This document shows, one piece after another, positions 13,590 to 28,767 of a stretch of 64,000 nt of DNA (position 1 is its first letter; every line of letters starts with the position of its first letter). Origin of the DNA: Eledone cirrhosa. Taxonomy: Eukaryota. The stretch lies in the NCBI GenBank assembly GCA_964016885.1, contig OZ024742.1, positions 218,798,001 through 218,862,000 of the forward strand, given 5' to 3'. The notes beneath the pieces are model-generated. The model was not told where the DNA came from, searched no databases, and saw nothing but the letters and a program-made list of their open reading frames with translations. Both the position numbers and the translations under genes were made by a program.

Positions 13590-14470
13590 AAACTCTACCC
13601 CAAAGTGTTCTTTTCATTTGCGGAAAAAAACACAAGGTCACTGTCTCCACTGTTGGCCCTCTGATTAATGAAAACAGCACTCTCCGAGACGTTGCTAAAA
13701 CCATGGGTGAGATACTGCAGAAACAATACTGCTCTGTTTTCAGCAATCCTGATATAACTATATCTGACATTACGTTTGGCACACCTGATATCTTAGCGGC
13801 AATAAATGAAATTAAATACAACTCAGCAGCAGGCCTCGATAGGTTCCCTGCCCGTGTCTTGAAGGTGTGTCGACACCTACTTGCATCTCCTCTAGTCGAG
13901 GAACTCACTGGACGCCGGCTATATTCCTGAAAACTTTCTGTCCCAGTCTGTCGTTCTAGTTTTCAAAAAGTGAAACAATTCCCTCCCGGTGAATTACTGC
14001 CCGATCTCACCTACATCTCATATCAATACAGGCCTTGACTACTGGGGTCGACTAGAAAAGCTCAAACTCTATTCTCTCCAACGCCGCCGTGAGCGCTACA
14101 TTATCTGTATGATGTGGAAAATATTCCATCAGCATTGCCCAAATGATGTTGGCATCATCTTCAAAATACATCTAAGGCTTGTGCCCGTGCTATCCGCCCA
14201 GAAAATTCAAGCTCACAAATCATAACAACATTACGGCACAATAATTTCACATCAGCTGGTCCCGCTCTCTTTAACATCACGCCAAAACACATTAAAACAG
14301 AAACAGATCCCATAAAATTCAAAACGTCTTTGGGCAAATTTCTCCAAAAAATAAAACAATAACCCTCTTCTTGGGTGGACTATGGTGCCCAAATCATGAT
14401 TTGAAAGACTTAACCAGGTGATGCTATTAAGTTAGACATGGCCTGGGCCAATACTAGCCGAAACCTATCA
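13590..14470 (+). pseudogene. Decayed CR1/L2-group LINE ORF2 with the RT core deleted
   Basis: ILQKQYCSVFS, AAGLDRFPARVLK, NYCPISPTSHI joined directly to the C-terminal DYWGRLEKLKLYSLQRRRER motif; stops and frameshifts. Confidence 0.75.
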
Positions 14471-14497
14471 AAGTTATTAAGTTATATATATATATAT

Positions 14498-15310
14498 ATC
14501 TCACGAAAGGAGGGTGGCCGGGGCCTAAAATTCATATTAAAATCATACAAGACCCAGATAATAACACTGAAGCAACATCTTTTGCAAAAGAAGATCAGCA
14601 GCCATCTTACCCAGATTTATGAGCATGAAAATAATGATATCGTTAGGATAACCATTGATCTAGAAGAGCGACATGAAATAAAACTTGATGCAAATCTGTC
14701 TCCCAGGTCCATTGGAAGACTCCATTCAATGCTTTAACAAAATAAATGGACCAATTCTCTGAGAAGATTGTATATGGGTACTTGAGACGAATAACATAGA
14801 CTGTAGAGGGTATAAATCATACTAAACCGTCTGACATGGGGTTCAAACAAGTTCATTACATACCACCTTTAAGGATATTATCACACAATACAGGAACAAG
14901 AAATTCCCACCAAGTACTACTGCACGAAAGAGGAAGGCCATCAACTGACAATTAATGTAGGCTGTGCAAAAGAAAGATTGAAGATGTTAGCCACATTATT
15001 GTCAACTGTGAAAGAATGTCGTCTTGTAACTACCTCCCTATGAGGTATGATGTGATAGCTAAAATGATGTGAAATGCATTATGGAAGACGAAAATCAAAT
15101 CAAAGGAGTGCTGGTGGAACTATAAAAAAACAGCCACAAAATTAAACCACAAGCAGCCTCATTTTGTTGTTTGGGCCCACAAATTAAAATATTCTCTGTT
15201 GTATAAGTCAGCTGTCCACTTGATGTCAATGTGGCAAGAAAATGCAAGAGAAGACGGGTATCTAAGGACCATTGATGAGGAGTTTGCAGATTCAGTATCC
15301 AAGATACACG
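14498..15310 (+). pseudogene. Decayed R4/Dong-like (RLE) retrotransposon 3' part
   Basis: SRKEGGRGL, QEQEIPTKY, CRLCKRKIEDVSHIIVNC zinc knuckle, RYD and KQP motifs across broken frames; starts in a (TA)n tract. Confidence 0.7.
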
Positions 15311-15651
15311 TTCAACACCATAGCCTTGTTATGCTGGACTTTCATCTGCGTACACGCAAGGTCGATGACCCTGTGTGCTCGCAGGTGAAACTCCAGAGTA
15401 ACAAGATCCACTATTTAACCATAATAAATGAATATTTATACCCTACTTCGGCATTGAGTACTCTTTTCTCTAATCCGCCAACTACCCACGAATATATATA
15501 TATATATATATATAGTGTGTGGGTAGTAGAGTGAAACACTGGTGGTGGTAGCAAATCAAGCACTCTATGCACAGTAGAAAGTATATAATAGAAAACACGA
15601 GGAAGTTTCGTTTACATATGAACATTTCGTTTACAAAAATATATCTTTTGT

Positions 15652-15757
15652 CGCATCACCAGTCTGAGGAGCAGATCGATACTGGAGTCGGGTCCATAAC
15701 TTCTATGGGTCACTTTGAGCCAATCCTCTGCGAAACCCGCGTAACAGGTCGATACGC
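15652..15757 (+). ncRNA. Hammerhead ribozyme with long stem II insert
   Basis: CACCAGT-CTGAGGA-GCAGA...TCTGC-GAAAC-ccgc-GTA-ACAGGT; imperfect stem I; enclosed by ~40-bp inverted repeats (15586-15625 / 15768-15808). Confidence 0.65.
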
Positions 15758-15892
15758 AATAAATATTGTTCATATGTAAACGAAACTTCCTCATTTTTTC
15801 TATTATATATATACACACACACACACATGTATATAAATATATACACACACACACACACATATATACACACATATATATACACACATATATAT

Positions 15893-15938
<46 letters not shown>

Positions 15939-15993
15939 CACACACACATACCACACACACATATATACACATATGCATATATGCACAAACGCG

Positions 15994-16089
<96 letters not shown>

Positions 16090-17284
16090 AAGTAAAACAA
16101 TAAGTAAGAATCAGACGGTTTACCAATGAGCGACAATGCGAAATAAAAGCTACCAATGATAACACTGATAGTATATTGCCATGATTAACGATGATGAGGA
16201 AAATCCTGTCTGCCGTACCTTGGGGCATAAATTCCTGTTAGGTGTGACGTTATTGTCAGTTATTTTACAAAAGGAAGTTATAGCTGAACTTCAATATTTA
16301 CCTGCAGCGTTGCACGTTCACCAACAAGCAACACATCTAACGACTCGACCCTTTCCCACTTATTATGTAAATCATTTAGGGCGGTGGATTGGCAGAATTG
16401 TTAGAGCATTGGAAAGAATACTTTGTAGTTAACGTTTTTTATGTTCTGAGTTCAAATCCCGCGAGGTCAACTTTGTCATTCATCCTTCTGGGGTCGATAA
16501 AATACAGTACTAGTGAAGTTCCGAGCTCGGTATAATCGAATCGTCCCTCCTCCAAATTGTTGGCCTTGTGCCTAAATCAGAAACAATCTCCTCTGCAAGA
16601 TCGGAACGTCGGCGGTCCGTCTGAGGAAGAAGCCCCTCAAGGTTGGGTGGCTGTTGTAGCGCGTGTCACTGGCCATTGTCCGCGGGAATGCTTTTGCTGC
16701 CTTGTCTGCGAAGCGCAGCCCTTCTGCCCCCTTGCCCTAGGACCAAAGCCCAATCACCCTCCCCACTTCACCCCTCCTCTCTCTTCTGCCACACCAGAGT
16801 TCTTGCCATCCTCTCCCCTTCCCGTTCTTTTTTCTTTCTTTTTCTCTTTTTTCTCTATATTTTCCTATTTTTTTCTTTTGTTTCGTTTCTTTTTTTTTAT
16901 TATTGCTGTTATTATATTTGTCATCATCATCATTATTATTATTACTGTAAATAGATTATATAAATTATAAGCGCGTCACCTTAGGTAAATGGGTGTATGT
17001 TTGGGTTGGCGAGTGTTAATGTCTTTTGATAATCCATTGGTATAAGTATCACGAGGAAAGATCAATCTTAACGGTTCGGACAAGGCTTTTTGTCGGACAA
17101 GAGATTCCTTTAATCTTATTTTACGAAAGATCCAAGCAGAGAAACTAGAATCTATCTATTTTCAGGCCATTCGAATTCAATCAATGTTGTTGATTAATTG
17201 GTTGGTTTCTGTCAGTATAGACCATCAGTAGTTTCTGTCGGATCTTTAAGGGATGATGGCATTGTGCTCATATAATATATTTCT

Positions 17285-17498
17285 TTGGATCGACTTTCGT
17301 CAAATCGGACCGAGGAAAATGTTTCCGTCGGTCTTTCCAGTTGCTAGTACTATCTATCGGTCGCAACTCCAGGTAGAAGGAACAACGTGAAATAAAGTGT
17401 CTTGCCCAAGGACATAACGCATCGCCCGGTCCACGAATCGAACTCACAACCTCAAGATTGTGAATCCAATTCTCTAACCACTCAGCCACACGCCTTCA
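17285..17498 (-). mobile_element. tRNA-derived CORE-type SINE (family also at 28041-28300, 29450-29652, 31236-31545)
   Basis: Head GAAGGCGTGTGGCTGAGTGG (A box), GAGTTCGATTC (B box), TGTCCTTGGGCAAGACACTT core-like block. Confidence 0.8.
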
Positions 17499-17660
17499 TA
17501 TAATATATATTATATAATTGTTTCTACTTTTGGCAATTATCCCAGTACAAAATGTGTATGAACATAAATAAATGATATATCAGCTCTCTTCACGATTGAG
17601 CACTGTTTTCCTTTTTCCTTTTTCACACCTACTGATATTTTCTACACACACACACACACA

Positions 17661-17759
<99 letters not shown>

Positions 17760-17833
17760 TTATATATATATATATAAACATTGAAAAAGTGAAGAATAAC
17801 ATGGTCAACAGTACAAAAAAGGGGAATTTATTT

Positions 17834-17945
17834 ACAATCTAACAATTGTTTCCCTGATTGAGTTCTCTAAAAATTGCTGAACAATAGAAGCAGTGCCACT
17901 CAATTTTAAATACGATGCTAGCTCAATCATGTCATCAGAAACTGT
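17834..17945 (-). ncRNA. Hammerhead ribozyme with long stem II
   Basis: Minus strand ACAGTTT-CTGATGA-caTGATTGAG...CTCAATCAgg-GAAA-CAATTG-TT-AGATTGT; palindromic stem III, GUU site; lies in a ~300-bp island between (TA)n tracts. Confidence 0.75.
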
Positions 17946-18077
17946 TATAAAACATATATAACCGGCAAATTTACAAATTCAAATTACAGCATCAATAATA
18001 GCCGTATGCTAAAACTATCCATAATAAGAAGTATTCACAATCTTTAACTGGATTACCTATAACGATATTTTGTTATC

Positions 18078-18163
<86 letters not shown>

Positions 18164-18178
18164 ATTTATATATATATA

Positions 18179-18292
<114 letters not shown>

Positions 18293-18456
18293 TAAAATCC
18301 CGACCGCGGCACCAAATGAGAGAGAGAGGTGTGTATAGTCAAGTGAACCAACGATTCTAATACAGGGGGGTGCGACCGGAAAAACCTCCCATATGTTATA
18401 TGATCAACTGTTAAAATGTTTGAGGTATTTTTGTTGCACTCTATATATTGCTGATA

Positions 18457-18504
<48 letters not shown>

Positions 18505-18629
18505 TCCGTCTTATTCGGGAAACCTCTGGTAATGAGGTAATTATATTGTATTGTTTATTATACATTAAATATTTAGCTCTATAACTTACATAGAGCACTC
18601 TTCATTCCTCTGACCTTTTCAACGGAAAC

Positions 18630-18727
<98 letters not shown>

Positions 18728-19567
18728 CTAGCAGAAGTGCCCGGCGTTGCTCGGGGCTGAATTGCTTGAAAGTACTGTTAATGATTGCACTGAATTATGA
18801 TTATTCAGGTAAAGATTGATATAAGTTTACGCCGAATGAATCTATTTGTAAGTGTATAGAAAGCCCTGTAAAGGGGTTCCTACCCCCTCGTAGAATGGTG
18901 TAAGAATTGAATGTGAGGTTGCCTTGAAAAGGGCCATGTTATTGTTCTCATAATTGTAAGAATTTGATAGTCGTGGAAGGGGGTGTAAAACGTTCGCAGG
19001 TGAATAGGGCCTCTTCGTTTTCCACGAACGGCAGCGGATGTGCTGTTACAAAACTTCATGGTGTGTTAAAAAAGAATCGATGCCCTATGTAGGCAAGAGG
19101 GGAATTAAGTATGGGTAAGTAAATACGGGTAATTTATAAAATCTAGAACAATAGCATCTACTCACCATATGTCAGACCGGCAAGACTGTAGTGGTACTGA
19201 ATAGATGAATCGCAACACGTCTGTGGTGGAGATGTTTTCATTGATCGGCGTTATGAGTAAATTTGTTGTTGTATAAAATGATCTGTTGCTTAGTTTTGAA
19301 AGTGTATGTTGCGATCGTGTTGTCGCTGATGTAAACTTTAAATAGTGAGAGTGTAGATGTAGGGGTAGATGTCTCATGTACGTTGGATATAGAAGATGAG
19401 GCTGCTGGTTTGATGACGAATGGATGGAAATAGAGGTGAGCGGAGGACAGGTGTTGGTTAAGTGTGAAGTAATTTCAGGAAACGCCTAAAAATGTAAATG
19501 CCATCATAAAAGAGAGTCGTAAGTGAAATACTAACGTGTTGTTCCAAAATGATGAAGCGTAGTAATC

Positions 19568-21303
19568 CTATAAAACCTCCTTGTACACAATGTTTTTCGT
19601 TTTTCGTTGTGGAACGAACGCGAAAGCATCACTGTTGCTGCCGACACGCGAGCAGCCAACGTAAAGCTGACCATGAGAGAAACATGGCTCCCCCAAATGT
19701 ATTCCCGCCACAGACAGTGTTTGACCCTGCGCTTTGTTAATTGACATAGCGAAACATGGCCTTACTGGGAACTGGGACCTCCGAAATGTGAAAGGTAGGT
19801 CTGCTCCTGATGGGAAAAGATGCATCCTAGGTATGAGCACAACGTTGCCTCGACCGCACCCTGTGATAATCGTGGCCTCAATCAGATTGGGATATAAGGA
19901 CTTAACGATCAAACGTGTGCCATTGCATTGTTTCGGGGGAACCAAATTTCTAATGAGCATTATAGGGGCACCAACTTTAAGTTTGAGAATGTGTGGGGGT
20001 AGTCCGGGGTGCTCAAAGGAATTGAGTACCTCTATTGGATAGTTGATGACGTCCTCTGGGTCAGGAGTTGTATCGATAGACTTATATACATAGCCATCCC
20101 CAGGAATGAGTTTTAGCATTTGATCATTAATATGGTGAACAGTTTTATTCCTCGGGGCCAGAATAGCCCTTTGGCCAATCCAATCTATATTCTGATAATT
20201 AGCTTGTAGATCTGGGAACACTGCATCTGTGAGATCAGAAGGCGTATTAACAATGGTACAAATGGAATCGCTGGCAATATTACCATTTTCATCCCCGGTT
20301 ATTTTGCCTTCGCCAAGTGCAAGGAGGGTGTGAGAAAATGCTGCTGATGCGATAACACCTCACATATGAGCACGCATGTTAGTGTGAAGTACAGAGTCTT
20401 CACCAGTGGCCACAATGTGGATGACTTAAGACACGCACTTACTGCATCAGCTCTAGTCCCCTTGGGAATAACGGGAAGTGTTTGCCGGAAGTCCCCTGAA
20501 AGAAGAAGTGTTATGCCTGCCATGGGAGCTGTAGAGTGTTTGATGTCTCTGAGAGATCTATCTAGTGCCTCAAGAGCACCTCTGTGGGCCATCGTGCATT
20601 CATCCCAAATGATAAGCTTGCATCGTCTGAAGACTTCTGCCTGATCGGAGCTGTTACTGATGTTGCAAGTTGGTGTCTCAGTCTTCGCTAAGTCAAGCGG
20701 GAGCTTGAAAGTGGAGTGAGCTGTCCTGCCACCTGGCAACAAAGGAGCCGCAATTCCAGATGATGCCACAGCTAGGGCAATGCCTTGTGTTCGCCTAATC
20801 TCAGTCAATATTAATTTGTTGACAAAAGTTTTCCCAGTGCCCCCAGGAGCGTCCAGGAAAAAAATCCCCCCAGCTTTGGCCCGGACTGAATTAACAACGG
20901 AGTTGTAAGCGAACTTCTGTTCAGGAAGTAACTTTGGCTCATTCTCGGCTATGTACTGTGCAAGCTCGTTAACATTAAAACATGTCTCACGCAGCAAATC
21001 TGAAGACAGAGTGTTTATGCGTTCCCGGTTTGTTGAAGGTAGGCCATATACCGCCAAGGCACTACCGCCCATATCAAGTACAGTATCTTCGATTTCAAGC
21101 AGCGCCCTGTTGTAAATGAGGTCACTGTACCCGACCTCCATTGATGGATGTAGCCATTGAGCGTGACGCAGGAAATCTTCAGACATATAATCTTTGTAGG
21201 TAAGCCATAAAGAGGCGGGATCAGCCAAGTCACACCATAGGAGTAGAATAGCGAAAAGCGATCTGATTTTTTTAGGAGATTTTAACGAAACACCCTCCGC
21301 CAT
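19568..21303 (-). pseudogene. Helitron Pif1-like SF1 helicase domain (two frames)
   Basis: FLDAPGGTGKT, IIWDECTM, GDFRQTLPV, QFPVRPCFAMSINKAQGQTL, HGQLYVGCSRV. Confidence 0.93.
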
Positions 21304-21315
21304 AGTGGCGCCCCA

Positions 21316-24296
21316 TTATGAATCGTCCTCCAAAAGACCACGCCGAAAGCAGGCTTCCAGGAAAGTATCACATAATCCACCGTCAACAGTTCTTATGTCT
21401 CGAAAGCTTTGTGGGCCAAAAACCTCATGGAGGTGAAGGCGCAGGTGAAAACACTCATGCTGGTTGGGAGGTACAGTGTACACTCTTCCTAGACAACTGT
21501 CAAACTTGACACCAGGATGTCCTTCAACATCCTGACCCGACTTCCTACGCACCCAATTGTTGTTTGACCACACGTAGTAGGACGGGACCTGAGGGTATAA
21601 AAGTGTTTTGGCAAATGTGTCAAGTTGGCAAAGCCTAAAGAAACCGGTCAAAGTTGTTTGTTTGGGATTTGCCGCCAATTGAGCAGCAGTCTGTTCAGTA
21701 AAGTAAGCTCGCTGGCTATTTTCCAAATGAACCGCTAGTTGTATGATGGCGGGGTGCCTTTGGTGAAGCGGAAACCCGAATATCCGCCAAAAAGCTTCAC
21801 CACTGCTTATGTAACGACTTGCCAAGTACTCCGACACCTCGTCCCTGCTATTGTCCTTTTGAAGGCCGAACATGGCAGCGTCAGAACCCTTGTTAACATA
21901 TTTACATATATACTTTATAGACTTTACTGAATGACAGAACTCCACATTTATGTGAGCGTTAAAAGTTTTCATCAGAAATGGACAGTACGGGACTACCCAC
22001 CTATTATCCACTTGATGACCCCGTAACGTCATAGTGAATCCACCATTGTCAGGGTGCCTTCGTCTGTACAGTGGGTATCCGTCGCGGCTTGTCTGGGTCT
22101 CCTCCACGAACCTCTTTGGGTATCGTTTAGTGCACACATGGTCTTTGTGGCATGAGGAGAACTTTTGAAAACCGGGACCACACGGACCGTGCACCATGTG
22201 TGCCTTCACAATGTCGTACAGCTGCCGGTCAACAGTTGGGTCCGGGATTTCTGCTGCGATGACGTCATCAAGAACTGTCGGGTCTATTTTGTTGACCAAC
22301 CAAAGCAAAATGTGCGCGTGTGGCAACCCTATTTTCTTCCACTCAACAGTATACATGTGGCACTTAACAGGACCAAAAACCTGCCCTTTTTTAAATTAAA
22401 TCAATGAGCTTAGCGAGCTTCTGCCTGAAAACCCTTGCAATAATATCATGGCGATGGCAGTACTGCTGCCCTGGGAGAAGTTCTCGCGTTACCTCAAGCC
22501 ACTTTGGGTTACATGTAAAGGTGATGAATAAATCGGGTCGCCCATAATGCCGAACGTAAGTCATAGCGTCTTGTGTTCGCTCGTGCATGTACCGTGGGCC
22601 CCCTGTATAGGTTGAGGGGAGAATGCACATCTTGCCGATGTTGCGGGCGTCAGTGTCATTCCTGATGCCGTCACGAAAATGTATTTAGGAGTCTGAGCGC
22701 AGCTGCTTCTGATTCAATTTGATGAAGCACAGTCTCTCCGACTCCATCTTTGCAGCCATGTCAACGGCAAACTGGTGAAACAGTTCCCGTGAGCTGTGCA
22801 GGGGGCTAAAATCATTATGCCTTGTCATGAAGCGGTATGAGTAGAAAGCCATACATGAAACAGTTTTAGATGTCGCAGCAGTGGGCTCGTTTGGTTTGTT
22901 TGAGGAATGCCGAAATGGTACCCGTCTTCTCCGTACGGAAAAAGAAGGGGATACTGCAGGGCGTCATATGAACGATGCGTCTCATTAATACGTTGAAGAC
23001 CACTGTCGCGGCTTTGAAGAACTATGTCTCGCTTATTGTGCTGTCCACCATGGAGAACTACGGCCACTTCATTGCACGAAGGAGCGTTATATCGGCGTGC
23101 GTGCTCCCCAGAAGGTCTTTTGTCAGCATCGATGACAATGGTGAAGTTTGGTGAAGGGGCTGTTTCCAAGGCGTATTTGAAACTACGAATGTAACTGTTG
23201 TGCTCATGAAGCATGTTTTGCAGACTGAGCAGCACGTCCCTGTCAAAATTGTCAGCGTCAGTGTTTGCAGGTGGTGGAATAACGCCGAAACGCACATCAA
23301 TTTGCGTATTGTAGTTTGAAATGAAGTAAATTTGAAGGAACGAAGGTTTGGAATTTTGTAGTGGCTGAGTGACCCAATAAGGTGGTACACCTGGCCCTGG
23401 ACCTTGAAAGTAGGCATCCAACCAGTTTCTCTGACAACGTTAGCCCCGAAAGAAGTCATCTGAAATGCACAATTGTACTTCCTGATGAGTTGAAGGAATT
23501 TTGATGACCTTGAGGTCGAACCAGTAAGTAATTCCTTCAAAGGGTCTGGCAGCTCCCGAAGAGGGGGGAAGGTGACCTTACCGTTTAAGCAGCACATTGC
23601 AGGTGGTTCCCCAGCCCACTTTTTAGCATTGCAGAATTGGCAATTGAAGCATATTTCCCCAATATTTATGTCGGCGCGCATCGAGTAATTGAAGTTGGGC
23701 TCATACTTGAAAGCCGGTAGATGCCAGTAAGGGCTGTGTGGACTCGTCAGACCGCGGGTAGCCTCGCGCCGTCGACTGTTCCGCTGGAATGTAGAACGTT
23801 GCTGGTCTGAGTCGTGGGTAGGTGTCGCATCAGTAGCAGAAGCGACTTTTGCAATGGTAATGAACCGGCCGTCTGCATCTTGAGAAGGCATGGAAGCAGT
23901 GAAAGCCGCCTTGTTCCTATGAAGGTGAGTGGTCGGTAGTTCGAAACGTTCCGAAAATCTTGAAGCAGCAGTAACCGCAGCGCTTTTAGCCAGTCGAGTG
24001 GCCCTTTGTTGTGGGCCCTCTGAAGCCCTTGAAGCAGCAGCAGCCTTTATAGCCATGCGATTCGACCTTGTTTCCGGACGCTCTGAAGCCCTGGAAGCAG
24101 CATCGTATGAAGTCTTTTTTGCTCGGCGTGCGTTGCGCTGTTGGAAAGTTTCAGCAGCTCGTGATTCCACTAAACGTAAGGCGCTCTGTGAAAGTCTGAA
24201 ATCCTTTTTGTCGGATGACTCGTTTGCGGTAATTGCCTTTTGCGCGACTGCTGCTGCCGTATGGCGGCCGAGGCGACTTCTCTTTTTCGGTGGCAT
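21316..24296 (-). pseudogene. Helitron N-terminal Zn-finger and HUH Rep domain (four fragments)
   Basis: CQFCNAKKW...CCLNGKV; FKVQGQVYH; YDALQYPLLFPYGEDG; PDLFITFTCNPKW (motif I); GLPHAHILLW (HUH); KYICKYVNKG (Y2). Confidence 0.93.
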
Positions 24297-27200
24297 TTTA
24301 TGTGAAAAATAAAGGGTGAAAGTTACTTAAAGATAGAAATTGTAATTAGAATGAAATGTGGAAAAATTTTGACCGTGGAAGGAAAAGAAACAAACATTTG
24401 GAGCTGAAAGAAATTGTTTAGGTAAGTATAGCGACAGAGTGTGTAAAGTGTATTGAAACGTGAGTTAAAAGAAAGAAAATGAAGTGAGATTTGTAAGAAA
24501 GGAAGTTGTTTACGTACATGTGGCAAATGGCAAATGTTTTAGTTGTTTAATAAAATATTTGTGTAAAGTGTATAGAAACGTAAATTGAAACAAAGAAAAT
24601 GAACTTACATTTTTAAGAAAAGAATTTGTTTACGTACATGTTGCAAATGGCAAATGTCTGTGCAGTTGTCAGAAATCTAACCAGGGTACATTTGTGGAAC
24701 TGATGTATTATAATGAATAGTCCATCTCGTTCAGGGTACATGAAGATTAACAACCGAAAATGAAAATAATTGTCGTTTGATTTTACGATTGAAAGAAAAT
24801 AATTGTCGCAAATTAGAATTTTTATTTGTTAATGAAGTGTGTATGTGTGGTTAGAAATCCGGCACGTGGTTAAATTGATTTAAAGTTTAATTATTCATTT
24901 GATGTGAGTGTGTGTTTGTATGTGTTTGCAAATAAATAAATCAGTTTGAAGACTCACATTTAGAATAAACGAAATTGTACGTTAATGTGGCTAATGTTTT
25001 TGTTGTTTAGTCTGTAAAGTGTATGAGTGAGAGAGTAAAACGGACAGTATCACCATCAACATGAACAATGTAAAATGAAAAGAATAGTTGTTTCAGCTTG
25101 GAAAGAGAAAGTAGCAGAAAGTATGAAGTTGTATAGATTTTGAAGGGTAATGGAAAGAGTTTAGCAGTTTAAATGAGAGAGGTAAATCGTAAAATATTGA
25201 GTTTTATCGATTTATTGCGTAATTGTGGGTGAAATTGAAAAAAATATATGTGCCATGACCCAATAAAAGCTATTTCGAATACTGAATTGTAAATTTCAAT
25301 TGAACAAATTCTATATCGTAGATTTCTATAACAAAGAAATGTGACCATACACTGAGCTTTATAGATTATGATATATATATCTTTCTTGGAAGAATGAAAG
25401 GTAACATTGATTCTAGTGGAATTAGAATTGACAACCAATTGGAATGAAATGAAACACCGCAAGAAATGTTATTCATATCCCCTCTTACTGTTTCGGTCAA
25501 CTGTATTTTTCACAACCTTTTGCGGAAAGGGATTCTCAAAATTTATAAGAGAAACTCAGTGGACCACCAAATATAAATATTCTTTTAATTGCATTATGCT
25601 TGCCGTCAATTATCACAACTTTATTTCTCGTTGCTCCAGTTTACTCAGCTAGAAATGAGTTGCGACGTCACTGGTGCTAAGCTGTATCAGCCTTTGCCTT
25701 TCCCTTGGACAACATCGGTGGCGTGGAGAGTGGAAAGTGGTATGCATAGGCGCCTGCTGGTCTTCCACAGACAATCTAGCCCGGACTTGTGCCTCGAAGG
25801 GGAACTTCGTGACCGAAGGCGGTCCACATGAACCTCGTTGCGCATCACTGTCCTGGTTAAAGCGTCATCATGTCACTTTTAAAAGAATATAAAGTTGAAT
25901 TTATATAGTTTTTAAAACTGGTATGACAACTAGTACCTCATATTAACGACCCCTTTACTTCAAGGGGGAGGGTTTATTGTTGGCCCAATAAGCATATTAT
26001 TTAAGGGTATTTATTTTATGGGTCCTGGCTAGTGGGGGGAATGAAAGTCAATTTTATTCGGAGCTACTTTATATGGTGGATTCTCCGTCGGTCTCCACGA
26101 TGATCATTCAGTTGTTCAATTAACTGAATTCCTACTCATGAAATTAAGGTATACTTTGTCGAGTATTCCACAGACACTTGTACCCTTAATGCAATATATA
26201 TTTTCCGGACAAATCAGCTTGACACAATGTAACAAGGTTAGACTTTGAGTTACATATACACTTCAAAGAGAAGAATCGAACCCAGTTCTGGATTGGTAAT
26301 TCATTTATCAACCTCGAAAGGATGAAAGGCAAAGTTGACCGCGGCGAAATCTCTCTCTCTCTCTCAGCGAATTCCCCGTCTTGCTAATTCGTATAACTTA
26401 CGGATATTACGAAAAGTTACAGTGGTGGGTCTAAGATTTGAACTTCTAGGGACGAGCTTTAATTATCACATGTCATTTAATCCAATGATATATTGTTTCT
26501 GCTAGCTTGCTTCCCTCACTTCATAAAATATAAACGGTTTAATCTATTTAATTAAACCACTAAAAGTGTACGAGAGAATTCATAATACTTATATTAATAT
26601 TGCAGTTGTAACGAATTAATGAGAAAGATAGGGAATATGTTATATTAATGATAATAAAGAAGTGAAGCAATGAGACGGTACATTTTTATTTTTATTTTCT
26701 TCACAGTAATTATACATTACATTTCACGTTTCTTTTTTGAGTCTCTTCTATAAATTAACGGTAAATTTCTTCCGAAATTACCTAAAGGCTACATGTATCG
26801 CAAAGTAATTAGAATTATGCCTACTCTACATTTCCACTGAGCCGCTTATCAAATTAATATAAATCTATGAAAACATATAAACAAATTCTGGAACATTTGG
26901 AAATTTGTAATTGATATTTCTGTATACGAAAACAAAAAATTCTGGAACATTTTGAAATGTGTAATTGATATGTCTCTATATTAAAACATTTAAGAAAATT
27001 CCAAAACATTTTGAAATTTGATCTACCTTAAGTCTAGAATATTTTAGGTAAAATCAAATCTTAGTCTATATCAGAAATACTGAAATCTTATGTGTGTGTG
27101 TGTGTGTGGTGGGAGGGAAGCTCGCTATATTCTCCTTTTCTTTACATCTACCTGCGCCTCATCTGCTTCTTGCTACTTTACAGAATTGCGTAGGAAAACG

Positions 27201-27796
27201 AGTCACACAAAACTGGAGAAGATAACAGGAAATTTCAAGGTGATAATAAATCCAACTAAGATCACCAAAATACCAACATCTGCAAGTTAATCCATCTCAG
27301 AATACACCTTTAACACTATTTCAAACATCTACATAGGAACAGTAATTTTTACTCTCTGACTGAGGCGAACAATGGTCACCTTCATTGTGGCCTCTACCAG
27401 AATCTACAGGTGTATAGACGTACCCACAAGGAGGATGATACGGGGTTGTTTGACCTATTAAAAATAACAGCCAAATCATTTATCAACTATTTTAAAAAAG
27501 GGCATGTTGGACAATCTTGTTATAATAATTTCTAGTATAGGCACAAGGCCAGTAATTTAGGGGAAGGAAAAGTCGATTAAATCAACCCCAGTACATTACT
27601 GGTGCTTTATTTTATCGACCCCGTAAGGCAAGGTTAACTTCGGCAGGATTTGAACTCAGACGGTAAAGGGCCGTAACTCTATGCTGCAAAGCATGGTGTC
27701 CGACTCTACCGATACTGCCAATCCACCTCCCTCGGACAATCTAGTTATAATGATAGGAGTATATAGTAAAGGCGCGTGGCTTAGCCATTAGAGAGT

Positions 27797-28663
27797 TACA
27801 TTATTTTATATCCTGCCGAGGTTAACTTTGCCTTTCATCCTTACGGGGTCGATAAAATAAAGTACCAGTAATACACTGGGTAATTGCTGACCTTGTGCCA
27901 AAAGTAGAAACAATTATTTTATATAAAGTATTGTAATATATTGTATTGTAATATATTGTATTATATCATATCATATAAATATTGTAACATATTATATTAC
28001 ATCATATTATATAAATATTCTAATATATTACAGTATATATGAAGGCGCATGGCCGAGTGGTTAGAGAATTGGATTCGCAATCGTGAGGTTGTGAGTTCAA
28101 TTCTGAATGATGTGTTGTGTCCTTGAGCAAGACACATTATTTCACGTTGCTCTTTCTTCCAGGAGTTGCGACCGGTATATAGTATTAGCAATAAAAAGAC
28201 CAATGGAAACATTGTTTCCTTGGTCCGATTTGACGAAGTTCACCCCACACGGCAAGCGAATGAGGTTTGGGTACTTGACTATCGATCAGAGCGATATGTG
28301 AACACATATATTTATGCGTGAGTGTTATGTGCTTAGATATTGACTCTGTGTGTGATTGTATCTTCAGCCACGCTGGCACCACAGAAACCTGTGTTATGAT
28401 GCTCCTCTCTCTTCTTAAGGAGCAATAGTGGGAAGGCACATATCTATCTATATGTATTTAGCTTAATAAACTATTCAGTACCTCTGTTATACCTAGTTCC
28501 TCACCAATCAAAAGTCACCTTTCAGCCACCAACCACACAGAAACGCTATACACTCACCTTTAGTATCTCACCAAAGTTAACTAAATAAAATATATATAAA
28601 TAAAATTCTAGTCGACTCGCATGTCACTTACATACTTACATAGAACAGATGTAAGTGCAATGT

Positions 28664-28699
<36 letters not shown>

Positions 28700-28720
28700 T
28701 TACATGCATGTGTACATAAT

Positions 28721-28767
<47 letters not shown>

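Larger units (their letters stand above)
18728..25371 (-). mobile_element. Full-length Helitron (Rep/Helicase), coding region disrupted
   Basis: Minus strand 5' A|TCATAATCTATAAAGCTCAG, 3' CCCGAGCAACGCCGGG hairpin + CTAG|T; internal RepHel ORF fragments; 3' end certain, 5' end less so. Confidence 0.9.

Noticed and set aside
17200-17240. CTGATGG...GAAAC on minus strand
   Set aside because: Stems do not pair; core mismatched
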